NCBI GenBank assembly: GCA_963747695.1
Contig: CAVVFV010000010.1
Location: forward strand, 261,618-325,617
Direction of reading: 5' to 3'
Length of the DNA stretch: 64,000 nucleotides
Source: Candidatus Falkowbacteria bacterium
Lineage (GTDB): Bacteria; Patescibacteriota; Patescibacteriia; Patescibacteriales; WJLG01
The notes under the pieces are model-generated. The model searched no databases. It was given only the letters and a program-made list of their open reading frames with translations, and had not been told where the DNA came from. Positions within the stretch are counted from its first letter, which is position 1. Each line of letters opens with the position of its first letter. Positions 61,975 to 64,000 of the stretch are shown piece after piece. Position numbers and translations under genes: made by a program.

Positions 61975-62010
61975 TAAAAAAAGAGGCCCAGACGGGCCTC
62001 TAATTTTTTA
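61975..62010. terminator. Orphan bidirectional intrinsic terminator in an ORF-free region
   Basis: AAAAAA-AGAGGCCC-AGAC-GGGCCTCT-AATTTTTT. No annotated gene ends nearby on either strand. Confidence 0.55.
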
Positions 62011-62707
62011 TAAAAAAATAATTAAATAGGCCTAGTTCTGAGCCCCGACCTTAAAATATAAATTGTTTATTACTCTACCTTATTCCAATTTATTTTTCAA
62101 GGCTGGATAATCTTACTATCGACTTAGGTAAGATCGGCCTTCTATCCATCTTTGTAGAACCTGAATAAACTTGAGAACATCAGATCCTGCTATTTTTTTA
62201 TTTTTGTTTTTGCGTCGTGTCGATTCCGACAAGTTAAGACGAATAGAAAGCAAAGAAATTTCTCCTAGTATTTTTTCTAAGGGAGATTTCTCTTGACTCG
62301 GTTTTCAAAGATCAGGAAAGGACTATAAATCTCGTTAAGGAACCATATTATTGTCTATTAATATAATACCATATCTAAAATTGCACGTCAATAATAAGTC
62401 AAAAACATCGCGTTACCGCTACTTAATTATCTAAAATTAGCAAAAAAGCTGTATACAATTTGTATACAACTTTTAAGTTATGCACTGCTTTAGTCCACTC
62501 TGGCGTAGACTAAAGTCGGATACTTATGCACTCAAAACACAGGTTATCCACAGTTTCCTTCATCTTTAGTACACTCTAAAGTGGACTTAAATATCATCGT
62601 TTTAGCCTCATTTTCGAATACAAAAGTCCACTTTATAGTGGACTTTAGATGCATGAATAAATTATTCATTCAGGAATAAAAAACCTTAAATCGTAATAAG
62701 ATGGATC

Positions 62708-62829
62708 GCTCTGGGTAATCCCGCGGCAGTCTCGGGATGCCGACTTTGCGTCGGCAGAATCTCCGCTACATCGGCCCCTGGCCGTGAGCGGATCCGCGCA
62801 CGCCTACGGCGACTTCGCGGAGAACTCAC
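62708..62829 (-). repeat. tRNA-linked GC-rich element, subfamily 2 (tRNA-Cys copy)
   Basis: The minus strand starts GTGAGTTC (like the tRNA-Cys T stem plus loop) and ends GATTACCCAGAGC (like the tRNA-Cys 3' end GATTCTCACCCAGACC). The start of the core, CCGCGGCAGTC, matches the Arg-linked element. Confidence 0.6.
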
Positions 62830-62862
62830 AAAAAAACAGCCAGCTATAAAATAGCTGCTGTC
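62830..62862 (-). terminator. Intrinsic terminator after tRNA-Cys
   Basis: Minus strand reads CAGCAGCTAT-TTTA-TAGCTGGCTG followed by TTTTTTT. Confidence 0.6.
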
Positions 62863-62869
62863 CAGTTTG

Positions 62870-62940
62870 AGGTCTGGGTGAGAATCGAACTCACGATAAG
62901 GGTTTTGCAGACCCTTGCCTTACCACTTGGCGACCAGACC
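62870..62940 (-). tRNA. tRNA-Cys(GCA)
   Basis: Acceptor GGTCTGG/CCAGACC, anticodon arm AGGGT-CTGCAAA-ACCCT, T arm GTGAG-TTCGATT-CTCAC, U73. Confidence 0.9.
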
Positions 62941-63096
62941 AAATCAGAAACTTGAAATTGGAAATGAGTAAATCCAATTTTCTTAGAATTAGCTGCAACG
63001 ACTTTTTTCCTCCTTAGCTTGCTTTAATATACCAAACCGTTAAAACAAAAACAAGGGATTGCCCTTGCCTTTGTTGAAATTTTTTTATATCAAATG

Positions 63097-63687
63097 TTAT
63101 TCCAGTACTTCCATTTTGGCAACCTTAACGCCGAAACTTTTCGCATCAGCGCGGCTCAACATCCAAACATCGGCATGCTCTGATCCGTAGCGGGCATTCA
63201 TCCGGTCTCTGACCACAAAAACTCTGTCTCCGAAAAGCTCGGGGAATCTGACCTTGGTTCCCATCTTAATGCCATTTATAGCCACAGTATCTTCCTGAGC
63301 ATGCTTGCATAAATCAAACCCGTTGGCGGTTACACAGGGCGTCTGGTCGGTCTGGCCGATATCAGAATTATACGCGGTAATTACCGCGGTAACCGTATAT
63401 TTAGCCTCCAGGCCCTTGTTTTGGGGCAAATGGCTGCTTTCAGACTGCTCGCTGCCATCAATCATTACCTGGGGATTAAGGATATCAATTATGCTAAACC
63501 CTTGATTTTCCGGCGCCAATTGATAATTAGTAATATTACCCGAACTAATGCTGGGATTTTCCGTATCAGCAAAAGTCGGAACCGGGAATAGGATGAAATT
63601 AGCTAACATAAGCAAGGAAATTAAGAGAAGTAATCTCTCGATTAGCTTGTTTTGGGCTAATTTTACATATTGTCTAAAATTGTTCAT
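63097..63687 (-). CDS. 3D-domain (MltA/YuiC-like) cell-wall protein
   Basis: N-terminal TM/signal. C-terminal TAYNSDIGQTDQTPCVTANG...VAINGIKMGTKVRF...VVRDRMN pattern of 3D domains. Confidence 0.7.
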   Translation of the reverse strand: MNNFRQYVKLAQNKLIERLLLLISLLMLANFILFPVPTFADTENPSISSGNITNYQLAPENQGFSIIDILNPQVMIDGSEQSESSHLPQNKGLEAKYTVTAVITAYNSDIGQTDQTPCVTANGFDLCKHAQEDTVAINGIKMGTKVRFPELFGDRVFVVRDRMNARYGSEHADVWMLSRADAKSFGVKVAKMEVLE

Positions 63688-63869
63688 AATTTTGTGGAAA
63701 CAAAAAATCCTATCATCAAGATAGGAGATATCGTTAATCGAATATCAATGCAGCATAGCATATTTAAACAATCTTGTCAATACTACTAGGCTGCGACGTA
63801 TTATATCTTTTTAGCATACCTGCTAATAAAAATCAAGGGCTCCGGTGCTCAACGGCAATATTTCCCGAC

Positions 63870-63900
63870 AAAAAAAGACCGGGCCGCTGCCCTGTCTTTT
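63870..63900 (-). terminator. Intrinsic terminator after the partial gene at the window end
   Basis: Minus strand reads AGACAGGGC-AGC-GGCCCGGTCT followed by TTTTTTT. Confidence 0.5.
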
Positions 63901-63910
63901 TAAAATTATT

Positions 63911-64000
63911 TTACTTGGACGGCTCAACGGTAATGACTTTATTCTTATCGCGGTCGAGGATCCGGTTAAAAATGAATAGCTGCTGCAAAATAGTTAGTAA
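63911..64000 (-). CDS. 3' end of an unidentified gene (continues beyond the window)
   Basis: Open minus-strand frame ending ...QQLFIFNRILDRDKNKVITVEPSK-TAA at 63911-63913, followed by a terminator hairpin. Confidence 0.35.
   Translation of the reverse strand, partial: LLTILQQLFIFNRILDRDKNKVITVEPSK

Noticed and set aside
62544-62552. A chromosomal replication origin (perfect DnaA box TTATCCACA in an AT-rich ORF-free region).
   Set aside because: There is only one consensus box and no dnaA or dnaN nearby. Genes on both sides of the region are on the same (minus) strand, so there is no divergence of gene orientation. The region is kept as a finding, but oriC is considered unlikely.

Overview
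This is a 64-kb window from an AT-rich, gene-dense bacterial chromosome, coded almost entirely on the minus strand. The gene content suggests a small-genome Candidate Phyla Radiation/Patescibacteria-type organism, but that is inference only. The pointers are six tandem T4SS_pilin-like small membrane proteins, fused nucleotide-biosynthesis enzymes, many tiny membrane proteins, and low-complexity intergenic 'word' repeats.

Recognisable content includes a tandem-domain GH130, the AmmeMemoRadiSam triad, purQ-purL-purN and guaA. There is a redox cluster (FTR-rubredoxin fusion, glutaredoxin-like protein, MsrPQ-like pair, cupredoxin, thioredoxin-like protein). Pyrimidine genes include PyrK-PyrD and PyrE-PyrF fusions. 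Also present are truB, murD, polA, a GH1 glycosidase, an ABC exporter, SdpR/SdpI, rubrerythrin, an LD-carboxypeptidase, a LysM/M23 peptidase, and 11 tRNA genes in four clusters.

The most unusual signal is non-coding. Seven of the 11 tRNA genes are followed by such an element or a remnant of one: a GC-rich element of about 120-185 bp. Each element carries a direct copy of the local tRNA's T-loop-to-3'-end at its far end, and in most cases an inverted copy of the same T-loop at its tRNA-proximal end. The elements share conserved cores in two subfamilies and occur as perfect tandem arrays (2 x 183 bp, 4 x 150 bp). No integrase or transposase is present in the window. In three places a complete tRNA gene sits between 5' and 3' fragments of another tRNA whose acceptor strands still pair.

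A second layer of small GC-rich palindromes and AT-rich word repeats fills the intergenic spacers, and some copies sit in frame inside murD, polA and a radical SAM gene. No rRNA, CRISPR array or recognisable prophage was seen.
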